DNA from: Eledone cirrhosa
Taxonomy: Eukaryota
DNA length: 64,000 bases
Assembly (NCBI GenBank): GCA_964016885.1
Contig: OZ024754.1
Location: 4,650,001 to 4,714,000, forward strand
Direction: 5' to 3'
In this document: positions 1 through 14,544 of the stretch, in pieces
Layout: each line of letters opens with the position of its first letter
Position numbering within the stretch: the stretch's first letter is position 1
Made by a program: the position numbers and the translations under genes
The notes under the pieces: generated by a model
The model's database searches: none
The model's input: only the letters and a program-made list of their open reading frames with translations
Told to the model about the DNA's origin: nothing

Positions 1-81
1 CTAGGACCACATACAACATATAATCAGATAATACACACATCTAGGACCACATACAACACATAATCAGATAATACACACATC
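1..81. repeat. End of a ~40-bp tandem repeat (CTAGGACCACATACAACA(C/T)ATAATCAGATAATACACACAT)
   Basis: Two near-identical units at 1-40 and 41-81; the array probably continues left of the window. Confidence 0.8.
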
Positions 82-538
82 TTTGGAATATTGTTAATCA
101 ATTTTTTAGTAATCTACTGATATAAAAATCAGTAGTATATTGAAAAATGGAAAAATAGGGGAGGGAGGGCGTTTCGTGATTTCGAGGGACAAAAGGGGGC
201 GTTTGGCCTAAATGGGTTGAGAACCTGTGATCTACACCATCCCTAACACCGCCAACAGCACCATCAATTAACTACACCGCCAACACCACCGCCACCTAAC
301 TACACCATCCCTAACACCCCCAACCCCCACCACCACCATCAACTGACCATCCCACCACCATCAGCTAACCACCCCACCAACACCTAACCACATCATTCCA
401 GTGAGATGTTCAATTGGTAGCTCTGACTTCGATCAATTTCACATGATCAGATCGAACTAGTATTTGACAATAAGCGATGAGATGTAGAGTGTTTGATATG
501 GTACAAACACTAGTATTTCACTCTACTACCCTCACACA

Positions 539-576
<38 letters not shown>

Positions 577-601
577 TAACTCCTCCTCAGAGCCCCCCCC
601 C

Positions 602-713
602 CCCCGTAAGGATGAAAGGCAAAGTCAACCTCGGCTGGATTTGAACTCAGACCGTAAAGGGACGTAACTATGCTGGAAAGCATGGCGTCCGTCTCTCTAC
701 CGATACTGCCAAT
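602..713 (-). mobile_element. tRNA-derived SINE, family 1 (partial)
   Basis: Reverse complement reads TGGCAGTATCGGTAG (A-box-like) ... GAGTTCAAATCC (B box) ... TTGCCTTTCATCCTTACGGGG; many copies occur in the window. Confidence 0.85.
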
Positions 714-750
714 TGTATCTTGTACACCTGCGTTGTTGTTTTTTGTATTC

Positions 751-813
<63 letters not shown>

Positions 814-819
<6 letters not shown>

Positions 820-1050
820 CACTGATGATGTTGCAGATGTGCAACGAAAGAACTTTGATAGACTATATATATGTGTTTATATCTGTATTTGTAACCGTTG
901 GTCAGTCAATGATAAACATTGATTGCCAAATAAATAAACTATGGAGATATAAAAGATACAGAAGCGAAAACCAACCAAACAGTGTTCTGGCAATATTGTG
1001 CCAAAAGTAGAAATAATTATTACAACAATATGACCCTCCCCAAGTATAAC
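814..1050 (+). mobile_element. Penelope-like element end (family C) with a degenerate hammerhead
   Basis: CTGATGA (822-828), GTTGCA/TGCAAC stem II, GAAA (846-849). Ends in ATGACCCTCCCCAAGTATAAC+(TA)n, the same tail as the copy at 21610-21800. Confidence 0.6.
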
Positions 1051-1087
1051 TATATATATATATATAATCTTCTTTCAATGTCTGAGT

Positions 1088-1320
1088 TTCTCCTTCTCTC
1101 TCTCGCTCGCTCTTTCTCTCTCTCCCTCTCTCTCACTCTGTTTCTCTCTCTCTCCCTCTCTCTCTCTCCCTCTCTCTCTCCCTCTCTCTCCCTCTCTGTT
1201 TCTCTCTCTCTCCCTCTCTCACTCTCTGTTTCTCTCTCTCTCCCTCTCTCACTCTCTGTTTCTATCTCTCTCTCCCTCTCTGTTTCTCTCTCTCTCTCCC
1301 TCTCCCTCTCTCTCCCTCTC

Positions 1321-1371
<51 letters not shown>

Positions 1372-1437
1372 CTCTCTCACTCTCTGTTTCTCTCTTTCTC
1401 TCTCAGTTTCTCTCTTTCTCTACCTCTACCTCTCTCC
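1088..1437. repeat. (CT)n compound microsatellite
   Basis: Direct inspection. Confidence 0.95.
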
Positions 1438-2306
1438 AACCATCTATCCAGCACAACACCAACCACACGATTTCATCCTGCCTCCTTCAATAAATGGTTA
1501 GTAGTAGTAGTAGTGGTGGTGGTGGTAGTGTAGTGATGGGGGATGTGGTGGGGTGATCTATCTTTCTCTGCCCATCTACCCTAGGAAATCCCCCGGCACA
1601 TCGTGATCCAGTGAAACACAAGAATGGGAAAGTTGTAGAGGCTGGGAGCTGCAGTTGCTCGGGGTACTGTGACATAGACAATACATAGGTAACAGCATTC
1701 GGAGACAAAGGCTGATGGCGCGCACACACACACATGCACATATACACGCACACACATATACACGCACACTCACACACATATACACACTCACACACATTTA
1801 CACACTCACACACATACAAACACTCACACACATACACACATACACACCCTCGCACAAATAGACACACACACTCGCGCACACACTCACATAAATAGACACA
1901 CACACACACATCTACACACGTACACACAAGTAACATTACAACACACATATGACACACACATATGCACACAATAACGATACATATATATAGAGACACACAC
2001 ACATGCACACAAACACATGCCCGAACACATATGAACATACTTACGTTACACACACATACTACAGAGTATAAGGTGTTAATTTATCTGATAGCCATAAATC
2101 GACAAAATTCAGCTATTGAGGGCTATCGTGGCCTGACGACGTTCGTCCATTTAGTCCCTCTATATTGTGTTGGTTTTAATGACGTTACTGTAATATTTGA
2201 GGTGTTATCATTTTAGTTAGAGATTAAATTACTTGGTTATAAGTTTCAGGTTTCTATTGATTAGTTATTAAGAATTTGGTAGACGATTTTCCTTAGAGTG
2301 GACCTC

Positions 2307-2420
2307 GTTTTACTGTGTTAAACGTTGTTTTACTGTGTAAAACGTTGTTTTACTGTGTAAAACGTTGTTTTACTGTGTTAAACGTTGTTTTACTGTGTTA
2401 AACGTTGTTTTACTGTGTAA
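2307..2420. repeat. 20-bp tandem repeat AACGTTGTTTTACTGTGT(A/T)A, ~5.5 copies
   Basis: Direct inspection. Confidence 0.95.
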
Positions 2421-2426
2421 ATATAT

Positions 2427-2697
2427 AATTGTTTCTACTTTTGGCACAAGGCCAGCAATTATTCCAGTGTATTACTGGTACTTTATTTTATCGACCCCGT
2501 AAGGATGAAAAGTAAAGTTTACCTCAGCGGGATTTGAACTCAGATCATAAAGAGGCGTAACTCTATGCTACAAAGCATGGCGTCCGACTCTCTACCGATA
2601 CTGCCAATCCACCGCTTGTAAATATATAATTGTTTCTACTTTAGGCACAAGGCCAGCAATTACCCAGTGCATTACTGGTACTTTATTTTATCGACCG
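2427..2697 (-). mobile_element. SINE family 1: full copy (2427-2617) plus partial 3' copy
   Basis: A/B boxes, central GGGGTCGATAAAATAAAGTACCAG domain and GCTGGCCTTGTGCC...AGAAACAATT tail; flanking GTAAATATATAATT repeated. Confidence 0.9.
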
Positions 2698-2982
2698 TAA
2701 ATATATAATTTACCGCCTGTAAATATATAATTGTAGTTTGTATGGTGTGTCTTGTGTAGTTTAAGTCTGTTGTATTTATTTAATTTTATGTTGTAGTTGG
2801 GTAGGGTTATGCGAGAAAAATATTTTAAAGTTATTATTACGTTTCCAAAGCTAACCTTGGCGAGATTTGAACGCGAGATAAAACCTCTTTGATTGTAGGT
2901 TTACTCGATCAGAGGTAACTGTGGTTTAACATGACTAATACTACTACTGCTGCTACTACTACAATTATTATTAACCATTATT

Positions 2983-3352
2983 TTGGCAGTATCGGTAGAG
3001 GGTCGGACGCCATGCTTTCCAGCATAGTTACGTCCCTTTACGATCTGAGTTCAAATCCCGCCGAGGTTGACTTTGCCTTTCATCCTTACGGGGTCGATAA
3101 AATAAATGTACCAGTAATGCACTAGGTAATTGCTGGCCTTGTGCCTAAAGTAGAAACAATTATTTTGGCAGTATCGGTAGAAGGTCGGGAGCCATGCTTT
3201 GCAACATAGAGTTACGCCCCTTTATGGTCTGAGTTCAAATCCCACCGAGGTTAACTTTGCCTTTCATCTTTACGGGGTCGATAAAATAAAGTACCAGTAA
3301 CGTACTGGGATCGATTTAATGGACATTCTCTTCCCAAAAAATTGTTGCCCCA
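2983..3352 (+). mobile_element. Two tandem SINE family 1 copies (2983-3161, 3165-3352)
   Basis: Each copy has TTGGCAGTATCGGTAG...GAGTTCAAATCCC...GGGGTCGATAAAATAAA. Confidence 0.9.
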
Positions 3353-3419
3353 CGCAAAGTACGAAGCGGTATGGATGTTTTGATAGTCGCTAACGAATAT
3401 TAATTTTTTTTATTTAGAT

Positions 3420-3620
3420 ACAAGGAGAGAAAATTTGGGGGAAGAGCAAAATTGATCAAATCAACCCCAGTACTTGACTTGTACTTTATTTGATCAATCC
3501 TGGAGTGGATGAAAAGCAAAGTTGACTTCGTGAGGATTTGACCTGAGTACTTAAATATCTAAAACAAACATTGCAATGGCATTTCTTCCGACGTTCTACC
3601 AATTCAGCTAATCCATCACC
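3420..3620 (-). mobile_element. Diverged SINE family 1 copy
   Basis: GGATGAAAAGCAAAGTTGAC...GGATTTGACCTGAG aligns to the family. Confidence 0.7.
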
Positions 3621-3953
3621 CTGATGCTGAATATTATTAAACATTCTGTATTTGTTGGCAAGAATTGGGAGGAAGGCAAACCTTTATGACGCCCTTACTT
3701 GACTGTACTAATACGTAATCATGTGTGAACTTCTGTGTGCACATATAATATTACGTAATTCCCTCGTGGACGTCTGGGGGTTATGTAATCTTGCGTAATC
3801 CTCGTGTGATTGTGCGTGATTCTTGGCTAATCCCGTGAGATCCCTGGTGACATAAGTAATCGTATGGAACCGTTCCTCTGTCAGGTTTCATTATTAACAT
3901 TTCTTTTACTCAGAAGTGTTATTTACAAATGTAAGCTGATTATTACCGTAATT

Positions 3954-5916
3954 GATAATGATAGTATGGAAGGTGATAATGATAGTATGGAAGGTGATAA
4001 TGATAGTATGGTAGGTGATAATGATAGTACGGTAGGTGATAATGATAGTATGGTAGTTGATAATGATAGTATGGAAGGTGATAATGATAGTATGGTAGGT
4101 GATAATGATAGTATGGTAGGTGATAATGATAGTATGGTAGTTGATAATGATAGTACGGTAGGTGATAATGTGAGGACTGTAGTTGATAATGATAGTATGG
4201 TAGATGATAATGATAGTATAGTAGTTGATAATGATAGTATGGTAGGTGATAATGATAGTATCGTAGGTGATAATGATAGTATAGTAGGTGATAATGATAG
4301 TATGGTAGGTGATAATGATAGTACGGTAGGTGATAATGTGAGGACTGTAGTTGATAATGATAGTATGGTAGTTGATAATGTTTGTGCTGTAGTTGATAAT
4401 GTTTGTCCTGTAGTTGATAATGTTGTCCTGTAGTTGATAATGTTTGTGCTGTAGTTGATAATGTTTGTGCTGTAGTTGATAATGTTTGTGCTGTAGTTGA
4501 TAATGTTTGTGCTGTAGTTGATAATGTTAGTGCTGTAGTTGATAATGTTTGTCCTGTAGTTGATAATGTTAGTGCTGTAGTTGATAATGTTTGTGCTGTA
4601 GTTGATAATGTTTGTGCTGTAGATGATAATGTTTGTGCTGTAGTTGATAATGTTTGTGCTGTAGTTGATAATGTTTGTGCTGTAGATGATAATGTTTGTG
4701 CTGTAGTTGATAATGTTTGTGCTGTAGTTGATAATGTTTGTGCTGTAGTTGATAATGTTAGTGCTGTAGTTGATAATGTTAGTGCTGTAGTTGATAATGT
4801 TTGTCCTGTAGTTGATAATGTTTGTGCTGTAGTTGATAATGTTTGTGCTGTAGTTGATAATGTTTGTGCTGTAGTTGATAATGTTTGTGCTGTAGTTGAT
4901 AATGTTTGTGCTGTAGTTGATAATGTTTGTGCTGTAGTTGATAATGTTAGTGCTGTAGTTGATAATGTTTGTGCTGTAGTTGATAATGTTTGTGCTGTAG
5001 TTGATAATGTTAGTGCTGTAGTTGATAATGTTTGTCCTGTAGTTGATAATGTTTGTCCTGTAGTTGATAATGTTTGTGCTGTAGTTGATAATGTTTGTGC
5101 TGTAGTTGATAATGTTTGTGCTGTAGTTGATAATGTTAGTGCTGTAGTTGATAATGTTTGTCCTGTAGTTGATAATGTTTGTCCTGTAGTTGATAATGTT
5201 AGTGCTGTAGTTGATAATGTTAGTGCTGTAGTTGATAATGTTTGTGCTGTAGTTGATAATGTTTGTGCTGTAGTTGATAATGTTTGTGCTGTAGTTGATA
5301 ATGTTTGTGCTGTAGTTGATAATGTTAGTGCTGTAGTTGATAATGTTAGTGCTGTAGTTGATAATGTTAGTGCTGTAGTTGATAATGTTTGTGCTGTAGT
5401 TGATAATGTTTGTGCTGTAGTTGATAATGTTTGTCCTGTAGTTGATAATGTTTGTCCTGTAGTTGATAATGTTTGTGCTGTAGTTGATAATGTTTGTGCT
5501 GTAGTTGATAATGTTAGTGCTGTAGTTGATAATGTTAGTGCTGTAGTTGATAATGTGTGTGCTGTAGATGATAATGATAGTATAGTAAGTGATAATGTTT
5601 GTCCTGTAGTTGATAATGATAATGCGGTAGGTGATAATGTTTGTGCTCTAGTTGATAATGTTTGCAGTAGATGATAATGTGATAATGATAGTATGGTAGT
5701 TGATAATGATAGTATGGTAGTTGATAATGTTTGTGCTGTAGTTGATAATGTTTGTGCTGTAGTTGATAATGTTTGTGCTGTAGTTGATAATGTTAGTGGT
5801 ATAACTGATAATATTGGTGACGTATTTGATTATGATAGTGATGTGGTTGATAATGTTAGAGTGGTTATTGATAATGTTAGTTTTGTTATTGATAATGTTA
5901 GTGTGGTTATTGATAA
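3954..5916. repeat. 21-bp minisatellite (GATAATGATAGTATGGTAGGT grading into GATAATGTTTGTGCTGTAGTT)
   Basis: About 90 units with two unit subtypes; indels break the reading frame. Confidence 0.95.
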
Positions 5917-6082
5917 TAGGAACCCAGTAAAACTGAATGCCCCATACACACAGGATAGCTTTGAATTGAAACTGGCAGTGAAAATAGCCCCGTTCTTCTT
6001 TTAGTCCATTGAACGCTTGGCGCATATCTCGAAGATTGCGTATCATTTTGTTTTTGGCCCCCGCCGAAATACGATCTCGCTG

Positions 6083-6134
<52 letters not shown>

Positions 6135-6536
6135 CATAATTAGCATTCCATTCGACCGTTTACCATAGAGGCAGTAATAATCCCAAAGACAATAGCCACA
6201 GCAACATTCCGTACAAGAAGAAGAAGAAGAAGAAGAAAGCTAGGAGTGATAAAAAAAGATTCTTCCAAGAAACAAATCAAGCCGAAAAACCACACCAATT
6301 CCCTATCGATCTCCTCCTTAATCGAATCAAGCGAATCACAATCACTGAACACTTCACTTAGTTTATGATTTCTTCTTTATCCATTTAAAACACAATTATA
6401 GATCTGCGTGTGTGTTTGTGTGTGTATGAATATATGTATGAGTATGTGAATAGGTATGTATGTATGTATGTGTAGGTATATATAGATCTGAATGTACTTA
6501 TATATGAGTATTTGTGTACGTATATGTGTAGGTATG

Positions 6537-6590
<54 letters not shown>

Positions 6591-6809
6591 TGGCTATATG
6601 TTTATGTGTGTATATATACATATGTGTGTGCATGTGATACTCTGAGAGCGTATGAATGTGATATTGTATGTATCCATGAGAGGTTGTGAAAGCGTGTGTG
6701 TGTGTGTGTGTGTTTCTGTGTATGTGTGTGCAAAAAATAAAAGAAATACACAAAAAACATCACCTGACTTTAATGGCGTGTGTAGATTTCGAGCTTCGTA
6801 GTTATCCCT

Positions 6810-6858
<49 letters not shown>

Positions 6859-6998
6859 ATGTATGTATTTACATACATGAATGTGTTTATATATACATAT
6901 ATATATGTGTGTATGTGTATAGATTTCATATTGCGAATATATATATATATTATACTAACACACATGAGAGTAATATTGTGTGTATATCTATGCATGTT

Positions 6999-7057
<59 letters not shown>

Positions 7058-7596
7058 ATCCTGTTGCTGGTTGTCTTAGCAGAAATCGAACCATGAAGGA
7101 AGAGGTGATGCGTGATAAAGATCAAAAGACTGAATGAGTGGTCAATAGCGGGATGGTTAAGTAAAGAGATATATATACACATACATATATATATATATAC
7201 ATATATACATACACACATACATACACACATACACACATTCATACATACACACATACATACATACACACATATATATACATATATACATACACACATTCAT
7301 ACATACACACATACATACAAATACATAAGAAATACGTACATACATATACATACATATACATACATATAAACATATATATATATATATATATATATACAGG
7401 CATATATACATACGCACATCCATATCACATATCACACATATACTTACATGTGTGTGTGTATGTATGTATATATTATGGCTGGAAATAAAAAAATTACTTT
7501 ATACACATATATATATATATATGCGCACATAATATATTTTTTTATATATACACACAAAAGACATTCCAGAATATTGCAGAACTAACTGACCATTTG

Positions 7597-7643
<47 letters not shown>

Positions 7644-7899
7644 GTGTGTGTGCGTGTAAAACAAAAATATACAAGGAAGGAATATAAAAAAAAAGCAGAT
7701 TACAGTAAATATAAAACATGGTGGAAAAAATGAAAGAAAATATATCTAATATAAAATAGGGGAGTGGTGAGGAGAGGTAATGGTAGGGAGTGGTGTGGTG
7801 TGAGTAAGGGTAATGGTGTGGTGTGAGGAGCAGTAATTTTGGGGTGGGTGTGAGGATGGGTCTTTACAAATTACTGGCCAAAAAAACCCAACTACAGAG

Positions 7900-9336
7900 C
7901 TACTACTACCACAACAACAACAACACCAACCACCACAACACCAACACCAACCACAACCACGACACCAACCACAACACCAACAACAACCACCATCACAACA
8001 CCAACCACCACCACAACACCAACCACCACCACAACCACAACACCAACCACAACACCAACCACCACCACAACACCAACCACCACCACAACACCAACACCAA
8101 CCACAACACCAACCACCACCACAACACCAACCACCACCACAAGACCAACCACCACCACAACACCAACACCAACCACAACACCAACCACAACCACAACACC
8201 AACAACAACCGCCACCACAACATCAACCACAACAACAACAACACCAACCACCACCACAACCACAACAACAACACCAACAACAACACCAACCACAACAACA
8301 ACCGCCACCACAACACCAACCACAACACCAACCACAACACCAACCACAACCACAACACTAACCATAACAACCATCACCACAACCACAACACCAACCACAA
8401 CAACCGCCACCACAACACCAACACCAACACCAACCACAACACCAACCACAACACCAACACCAACCACAACACCAACACCAACCACAACACCAACACCAAC
8501 ACCAACACCAACCACAACACCAACCACAACCACAACACCAACACCAACCACAACACCAACACCAACCACAACACCAACACCAACCACAACACCAACCACA
8601 ACACCAACCACAACAACAACCACCACCACAACACCAACCACAACACCAACACCAACCACAACACCAACACCAACCACAACCACAACCACAACACCAACAC
8701 CAACCACAACACCAACCACAACACCAACACCAACCACAACACCAACCACAACACCAACCACAACACCAACCACAACCACAACCACAACCACAACACCAAC
8801 ACCAACACCAACCACAACACCAACACCAACCACAACAACAACCACAACACCAACCACAACACCAACACCAACCACAACACCAACACCAACCACAACACCA
8901 ACACCAACCACAACACCAACCACAACACCAACCACAACAACAACCACCACCACAACACCAACCACAACACCAACACCAACCACAACACCAACACCAACCA
9001 CAACCACAACCACAACACCAACACCAACCACAACACCAACCACAACACCAACACCAACCACAACACCAACCACAACACCAACCACAACACCAACCACAAC
9101 CACAACCACAACCACAACACCAACACCAACACCAACCACAACACCAACCACAACCACAACCACAACCACAACACCAACACCAACACCAACCACAACACCA
9201 ACACCAACCACAACACCAACCACAACACCAACCACAACACCAACCACAACACCAACCACAACACCAACCACAACACCAACCACAACCACAACCACAACCA
9301 CAACACCAACACCAACCACAACAACAACAACAACAA
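7900..9336. repeat. Cryptic (CAA/CAC/ACC) trinucleotide repeat
   Basis: Almost entirely A/C; this explains the N/H/T and V/G ORFs. Confidence 0.95.
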
Positions 9337-9604
9337 ACATGACTTCCAAATGAGAGACGAAGGAGATGATTAGTGTTTGATATCTCTGTAACTATTGTGG
9401 ATTTAGTGCAAAGCGAACGGACTGTGCTTCTATTATTTCTGACTGACTGACTTATATGGAGTCAGTCAAGTGAAACAACTGGCCCCGTTCTCACTATAGC
9501 CTTCGTAGTGTCATCGTGGTGGTGGTGTGGTGGTGGTGATGATGGTGTAGTGTGGTGGTGGTGGTGTGGTGTGGGCTATATGGTGGGGGTGGTGTTTTTT
9601 AATC

Positions 9605-10855
<1,251 letters not shown>

Positions 10856-11206
10856 TCTGTATGCCTTTTTAAAACAGTGGGTTATGTTGCGCGCGTTTAC
10901 TTCAAAATGTAACTTCGATTAGTAGAAATCGATAGAATTAAGCACCAGACGAAAATAAATAATGGGATTGATAATATCATTGAAGAACCATGTAAAGTTA
11001 TGAAATTTCTGTTGTTTATATTTTAAGAATGAAGTTATTCCTTCACTTACAAGTAGATTCTATTTTCAACAACTGGTTGTAAGTCGCTATCGATGTAGTC
11101 TGAAGATCTTTAAGTATGACAGAAGATAGATATGATATACTCTATACATATATATTGTACTACAGTACATATGAATAATGTATATCTTATATATGATATA
11201 TAATAT

Positions 11207-11684
11207 TAAGAGTCGTGTGATCATAGAATGACCAAGATCCTCTCATAGAATGACGAAATGAGGTTTATTTTTCAACATAGTCCCTGGGAAGATACAATGA
11301 AGTTATTTAAAAGAGTTGAAATTAATGCATGTAAGATTTCACAGCTCTAGCATCACTTCTTCATAGTCTGACCAAGATACTCTCATGGAATGACCAAATA
11401 AGGTATATTTTTCAGCATAGTCCCTGGAAAGATACAATGCAGTTATTAATAAGAAGCGTTGAATGTAATGCATGCAAGATTTCACCGCTCTAGCATCACT
11501 CCTTCATAGGCAGGCCAAGACACTCTTGTGGAATGACCAAATGAGGTTTATTTTTCAACATGGTCCCAGGAAAGAAACAATACAGTTATTAATAAGAAGA
11601 ATTGAATTTAATGCACGCAAGATTTTACAGCTCTAGCATCACTTCTTCATAACCAGCCTATGATAGTTTCAACCGGCCCTTGTA
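11207..11684 (-). mobile_element. Mariner-type MITE with an internal ~142-bp unit tandemly tripled
   Basis: Terminus TTTCAACCGGCCCTTG-TA; GAGGTTTATTTTTCAACATAGTCCC recurs at ~11260, 11400 and 11543; same family as 12218-12390 and 40998-41924. Confidence 0.7.
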
Positions 11685-11689
11685 GTGCT

Positions 11690-11850
11690 TGGTGAGACTG
11701 TCGTTTTGACCTGCAAGTACAACGCCTATTTGTCAACTAAGTGGAGTGGGGAAACGTCAAATAAAGTGCCTTGCTTAATGACACGATGTATCACCGAGAA
11801 TCGAACCCCTGACCTTTACGATCGCAAGCCAAACACCTTAATCACTTAAG
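11690..11850 (-). mobile_element. tRNA-derived SINE family 2 (CORE-like), diverged
   Basis: Reverse complement has a GGTTCGATTC B box and GTGTCATTAAGCAAGGCACTTTATTT. Confidence 0.7.
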
Positions 11851-12217
11851 ACATAAGACATACGTCTTTACATTTTAAGAATCTTTATGTACAATTCGTG
11901 ACAAATCCTTCTTAAGTGATATGCAATTGTTAAATTTCAAACGCACCACATGAAAGTTTCAACCGGAATAATATAATTAGTCTGAAGTTATAACACGCAC
12001 CTAAACGAAGGTTCAATTAACATCTAATAGATTAATTAATTTAGTCTATTAATATCTTAATTAGTGTATAATTTAAATAATTTACATCTCCACTTATGGT
12101 AGTGACGACCCACCGTTGATTTCGACGGCATACCATTCAGTTGATCAATGAAATAAACGTCTACCTCCTTAATATAAAAATCCACATGCTTATTGATCGT
12201 GACGGTTGAATTACTGG

Positions 12218-12390
12218 TACAGTCCATCCGAAGGACTTTTATACAATCAGAGAGAATGGCCCTGGAAGGAAATAATGCAGTTATGAATAGGAAGAATCGA
12301 AATGTATGTCTTAATGTATGTACAATTTCACAGCTCTACCATCATTCCTTCATAGCCAGCCTCTGGACTTTTCGGTCGACTCTTGAGTAT
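12218..12390 (-). mobile_element. Single-unit copy of the mariner-type MITE
   Basis: ATTTCACAGCTCTACCATCATTCCTTCATAGCCAGCC matches the 11.6-kb and 41-kb copies. Confidence 0.6.
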
Positions 12391-12403
12391 ATGTATGTAT
12401 ATG

Positions 12404-12438
<35 letters not shown>

Positions 12439-12463
12439 ATGTATGTATGTGTCTGTATATATA

Positions 12464-12639
12464 CGAGGGCAATCCCAAAAGTAAGGTCTCCTTCCGATAT
12501 TGCAACTTTTCCGTTAAAATCCTGTGGATGGTGCTTCGGGAAACCTCAGGAAGCAAAATGCAGAGAGCATCCAGAGTGATCCGCCGATCTTTGCGCATGT
12601 TTTCCTCGAAAGGAGACCTTACTTTTGGGATTGCCCTCA
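12464..12639 (-). mobile_element. Internally deleted mariner element (28-bp TIRs, TA target site)
   Basis: TIR CGAGGGCAATCCCAAAAGTAAGGTCTCC and its inverse, each flanked by TA. The interior encodes DRRITLDALCILLPEVSRSTIHRILTEKLQYRK, resembling the second HTH of mariner transposases. Confidence 0.9.
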
Positions 12640-12641
12640 TA

Positions 12642-12856
12642 TATGATAACTGCGCGAAATTCGCACTTGGCGGTAGCGTTCAACGGGAGCTCCGTTCTCA
12701 ACGGCTGCCATGCCAAGATTGAGCATCCCAGCGAAGCGCGCGCGTGTTTGTTTGGGAGTGAAGGAAGCACCGATCACAACAGTGTTGCCAACAGCCGTAC
12801 GAACAGTGTCTCTGCGTCCCCATCGCTTTGGAAACCTTACTTTTGGGATTACCCTC

Positions 12857-12857
<1 letters not shown>
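12642..12857 (-). mobile_element. 5' end of the same mariner family (TIR, 5' UTR, transposase N-terminal remnant)
   Basis: Third TIR ends at 12857+TA; minus strand encodes ELPLNATAKCEFRAVI, like mariner N-termini (PAKCEvRsVI). Confidence 0.8.
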
Positions 12858-12945
<88 letters not shown>

Positions 12946-12946
<1 letters not shown>

Positions 12947-13300
12947 CGGGTTGAATCGGAGGTAACCACAGTAAGTAAGGTACTCAATACATAGCAGAGT
13001 ATATATATTCAATTTGATATAGAAATGGCTTCCACGGGTCTAGAACTGTTTCATTCGAAGGAAATCATCAGGAAAGCCCTTCTACAGGGTAACATTGTGG
13101 GCGACAAAACAATACACACTATATTACTTTGCGTCGATGAGTTTGCAGAAGTAAGCTTCTACCTCCTGTATTTATGATTAAACCCTGAACCAAAGAAGAA
13201 CCCTCGCCCATACCGTGATCGTTCATTCTGCTATAAAAGATAATAAACCCTTTCCCAGATCGACACACGATCGTATTTATATAATGAACGACATATTTCA
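12946..13300 (-). mobile_element. Penelope-like element 3' end (family B): ORF remnant, hammerhead (13027-13078), tail
   Basis: Minus strand GGCTTTC-CTGATGA-TTTC CTTC GAAT-GAA-ACAG...CCGT-G-GAAGCC. The tail TATTGAGTACCTTACTTACTGTGGTTAC is shared with other copies; the upstream frame ends ...IINT...HRRKVI*. Confidence 0.7.
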
Positions 13301-14164
13301 TTACGTAGTCTTAAATATACTATGTCTGAAAATGAAAGCAAATAACATGGGATGGGTTGTCACGGTTAGATCGTCTTTGATCAAGTCAACCCTGGAGCGA
13401 TGTTGATCAACTCTAACGTGGAACTAAACAACAACGGCAGTAATTACAATAATAACATCAACAACAGTAACAGCATCTCTGATACTCTAACAACGCAAGA
13501 AATCGATTGTTCTTAACGCATTTCTTCATGCTAGGTCACTAATCCGTGAGAGTTGATCTTAAAGGGAGATAAATCAAATCAGTGACAAATCACGCTAGCC
13601 GGAGGCATCAAGGCATAAGTGTTAGCTACTTGGGCGTAAATAGTAGCCATAATGTCGACCGCAATGAGCGTACTAAGGCACATTTCGTTCTAAATACAAA
13701 AGACTATGCTGAGTGTTTGTTGAATGGACACACTACATAAACTAATGTTTGCTATTGTCCAAACTAAAATACACTTCCAACTATAAACATATTCAGCATA
13801 AAGAGGCTAGTATTTATTCATTCATTCGTTCAATATGTTTGCTTCTTTGCTTCTGGAGTGACGGTGAGTTAAGATAGCTGTGAGTTAACGATTGAATAGT
13901 GACACTAAATATAATGGTTTCGAATTGAACCACAGAGCTTTTGTTGCCAATTTGAAAGGGGAGTTAACCAAGGAAATATGAATGTGGGGCGTTCATTCCA
14001 CGTCTCGGAAGTAATGATTGGCTCAATTAATATGGTTTGCAATCCAAACGGGACGAGATTTGAACCTCCCAGGAATGTATATGTCGCCCTAAGGTTCTTA
14101 CTACAATAACAGCTTAATATCATGGAAAGGCAAAGGAAAAACGTGCTCTATGTATAGAACAGAG

Positions 14165-14370
14165 CTATTTAATTACAAAGTGAACAACACAAAATATAAC
14201 TACTCCATTACCAAAGGTTTCTGGATCACAGACAATAATAATATACGTCTGGATCGTTCGTCAGACAGAGATGTTATAATTATGAGACGTATATTATTAT
14301 TGTCTGTGATCCAGAAATCTTTGGTAATGGAGTAGTTATATTTTGTGATGTTCACTTTCTAATTAAATAG
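14165..14370. mobile_element. Fold-back (86-bp arms) PLE-like end with a truncated hammerhead 5' core in the spacer
   Basis: Arms 14165-14250 and 14285-14370; TCGTCAG at 14258-14264 is CTGACGA on the minus strand. Confidence 0.6.
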
Positions 14371-14394
14371 AGTATATATATACATATATAAGTT

Positions 14395-14497
14395 TATCCC
14401 GGGGACAATCGGGGGTAACCACAGTAAGTAAGGTACTCAATACATAGCAGAGTATAAAATTTAATATAGAAAGGCTTCTACAGGACTAGAACTGTTA
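14395..14497 (-). mobile_element. Truncated PLE family B end
   Basis: GGGGTAACCACAGTAAGTAAGGTACTCAATACATAGCAGAGT...GGCTTCTACAGGACTAGAACTGTT. Confidence 0.75.
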
Positions 14498-14544
14498 AGG
14501 AAAAATAAATTGAAAATGCAACTGGAGTCTTTTAAGAATATTTA

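Noticed and set aside
82-229. hAT-like MITE end (GGTTGAGAACCTGTG); similar hints at 19515-19680 and 39700-39820
   Set aside because: The TIRs are degenerate and the partner end or TSD cannot be confirmed.
1585-1688. Plus-strand AG...GT-bounded coding exon
   Set aside because: Stops occur in all three frames and no product is recognisable.
2983-3065. tRNA genes from A/B-box matches
   Set aside because: They are SINE heads followed by SINE body and tail.
3864-6004. DNDSMVG/DNVCAVV or mucin-like TLSTTAQ repeat protein
   Set aside because: Frameshifting indels (~4422, ~5665) and a stop near 5830 in the mucin-like frame.
7823-9373. His/Asn/Thr-rich 516-aa ORF
   Set aside because: It is an A/C-only simple repeat that cannot contain stops, with no non-repetitive domain.
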